DNA of 63,360 bases, filler included, from Octopus bimaculoides (lineage: Eukaryota): NCBI RefSeq assembly GCF_001194135.2. It is 8 parts of 7 records of this genome, joined end to end, with 100 filler letters (N's around TTAATTAATTAA, not from the genome) between each part and the next. Parts side by side here need not be neighbours in the genome. Positions count along the whole stretch, not along the records: positions 62,097 to 63,360 come from NC_068990.1; 7 more parts are not named here. One strand, 5' to 3'. A program made the translations under genes and the position numbers. Below, in pieces: positions 61,997-63,360 of this stretch. The notes under the pieces are model-generated. The model was not told the DNA's origin, searched no databases, and saw only the letters and a list, made by a program, of their open reading frames with translations. Positions within the stretch are counted from its first letter, which is position 1; each line of letters starts with the position of its first letter.

Positions 61997-62924
61997 NNNN
62001 NNNNNNNNNNNNNNNNNNNNNNNNNNNNNNNNNNNNNNNNTTAATTAATTAANNNNNNNNNNNNNNNNNNNNNNNNNNNNNNNNNNNNNNNNNNNNACAT
62101 GTATGTATGTACTTTTACGTATACTTATAAAATAAGTGGAAAAATGCACATATATACTCGTATAATAACATGTAGTGATGCATACATACATACATACATA
62201 CACAAATAAATACATATCTATCGATTTATGTATCTATCTATCTGTCTGTCTGTCTGTCTATCTGCCTATAATGAACACTTGAAGAAATGTGGGTCTTTTT
62301 TTGAAAAAAGATTCCTCCATCCTGCTCTAATTTTACTTTTTTATTCCCCATCACTCCATCACCGTTTTCGCCCTCTCTGTCTCCTCTTTCTTTTTTCTCT
62401 CTCTCATTGCTCACACGTAACCATCGTCCGTCTTTCTTTTCTTTGCCTGACCATCCTCCTTTACCTAGACGGACCTTTAAACGGGCAGAGATGTTTCTCT
62501 CTCTCTCTCTCTCTCTTCTATCTTTTACTTTTCAGGAAAAAAAAAGGTTTCTCTCACAGCGTTCAATATTTTCCTCTCATTCTGGTCGAACGTCCCTCTA
62601 TGTTAATTTTCGTTCGGTTTCCTTGTATGTCTCCACTGTCATTTTTTGTTCCCATCTTTGATCCTCCATAAATCCTAAATCTTATTTTAGAATTTATGGG
62701 AGCAACTGTCTTTGAAGACTTATATTGTCACTGAATGCTTGAAATGGGGAGTAGATAGACTGTCGTGAATTGATGAAGGTTCCTTTCTCTGTTTTAACTT
62801 GTCCTGTTTTCCAATTTTTCATTTTCGCTGCTTACGCATAACATTTTATTTGTACCGTTGGTGACGTTCTGTACCTATTTATATGTACATGTATTATATT
62901 ATATTATATTATAGTATTTATTGT

Positions 62925-63360
62925 ATATATACAGGATGAGGCAGAAACGACGGGCACTTTTGAAATAGCTATTACTCAGCCCCATTTCCAGGTTTGCTGG
63001 CATTACTTGGCACCATCGGTCCCCTGATTTGTCCATGTGTGATAATTTCTTGTGGGGAGACCGAAAGGCCCGTGCGTATGCGAATAGGCCCCGCACATTG
63101 GACGATTTCAAGGAACCATTCGCGTTGAAGTCACCTAAATCGGCAGAGCAATGCTGGAGAGAGTGGAGACCAAATTCGATGAACATTTTCAGAAATACAT
63201 GAGAGAAAACAGACACCGCATGATGGATGTTGTTTTCCCAGCCTGGTTTTGACAAATGTTAATTCATTACGAACACATTGATGTCAATAAAATTTGTTTG
63301 CAGCTGAAATTAATGATTTTGTGAATTTTTCAAAAACATCTGTCTTTTCTGTCGCACCAT
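62925..63360 (+). mobile_element. Internally deleted Tc1/mariner-superfamily element
   Basis: Starts tacaggatgaggcagaaacgacgggc, then RSPDLSMCDNFLWG...RPRTLDDFKE (WPPRSPDLTPCDFFLWG-like). Confidence 0.75.

Overview
AT-rich eukaryotic draft-assembly scaffold (about 8 kb of N gaps; several gaps carry a TTAATTAATTAA filler). Repeat content (tRNA-headed SINEs, RTE LINEs with (ATG)n tails, dense TATG/CA/GATA microsatellites) points to a cephalopod, probably Octopus; this is recognition from memory, not a database result. No host protein-coding gene can be called with confidence (one speculative signal-peptide exon at 13430-13496). Almost all listed ORFs are microsatellite or N-gap artefacts. The window is a transposon graveyard: RTE and L1/Tx1 LINE pieces, Ty3/Gypsy RNase H, several Penelope-like element (PLE) remnants, Tc1, mariner and maT transposases, Merlin, Helitron, an internally deleted Chapaev3-like ORF, MITEs and more than 20 SINE pieces. 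The most notable signal is non-coding: at least six type I hammerhead-ribozyme folds plus two decayed remnants, several just downstream of PLE GIY-YIG remnants. They have palindromic or near-palindromic helix III, three non-canonical cores (C4, U6, U3-A8) and, in one case, a multibranched 86-nt domain on helix II.
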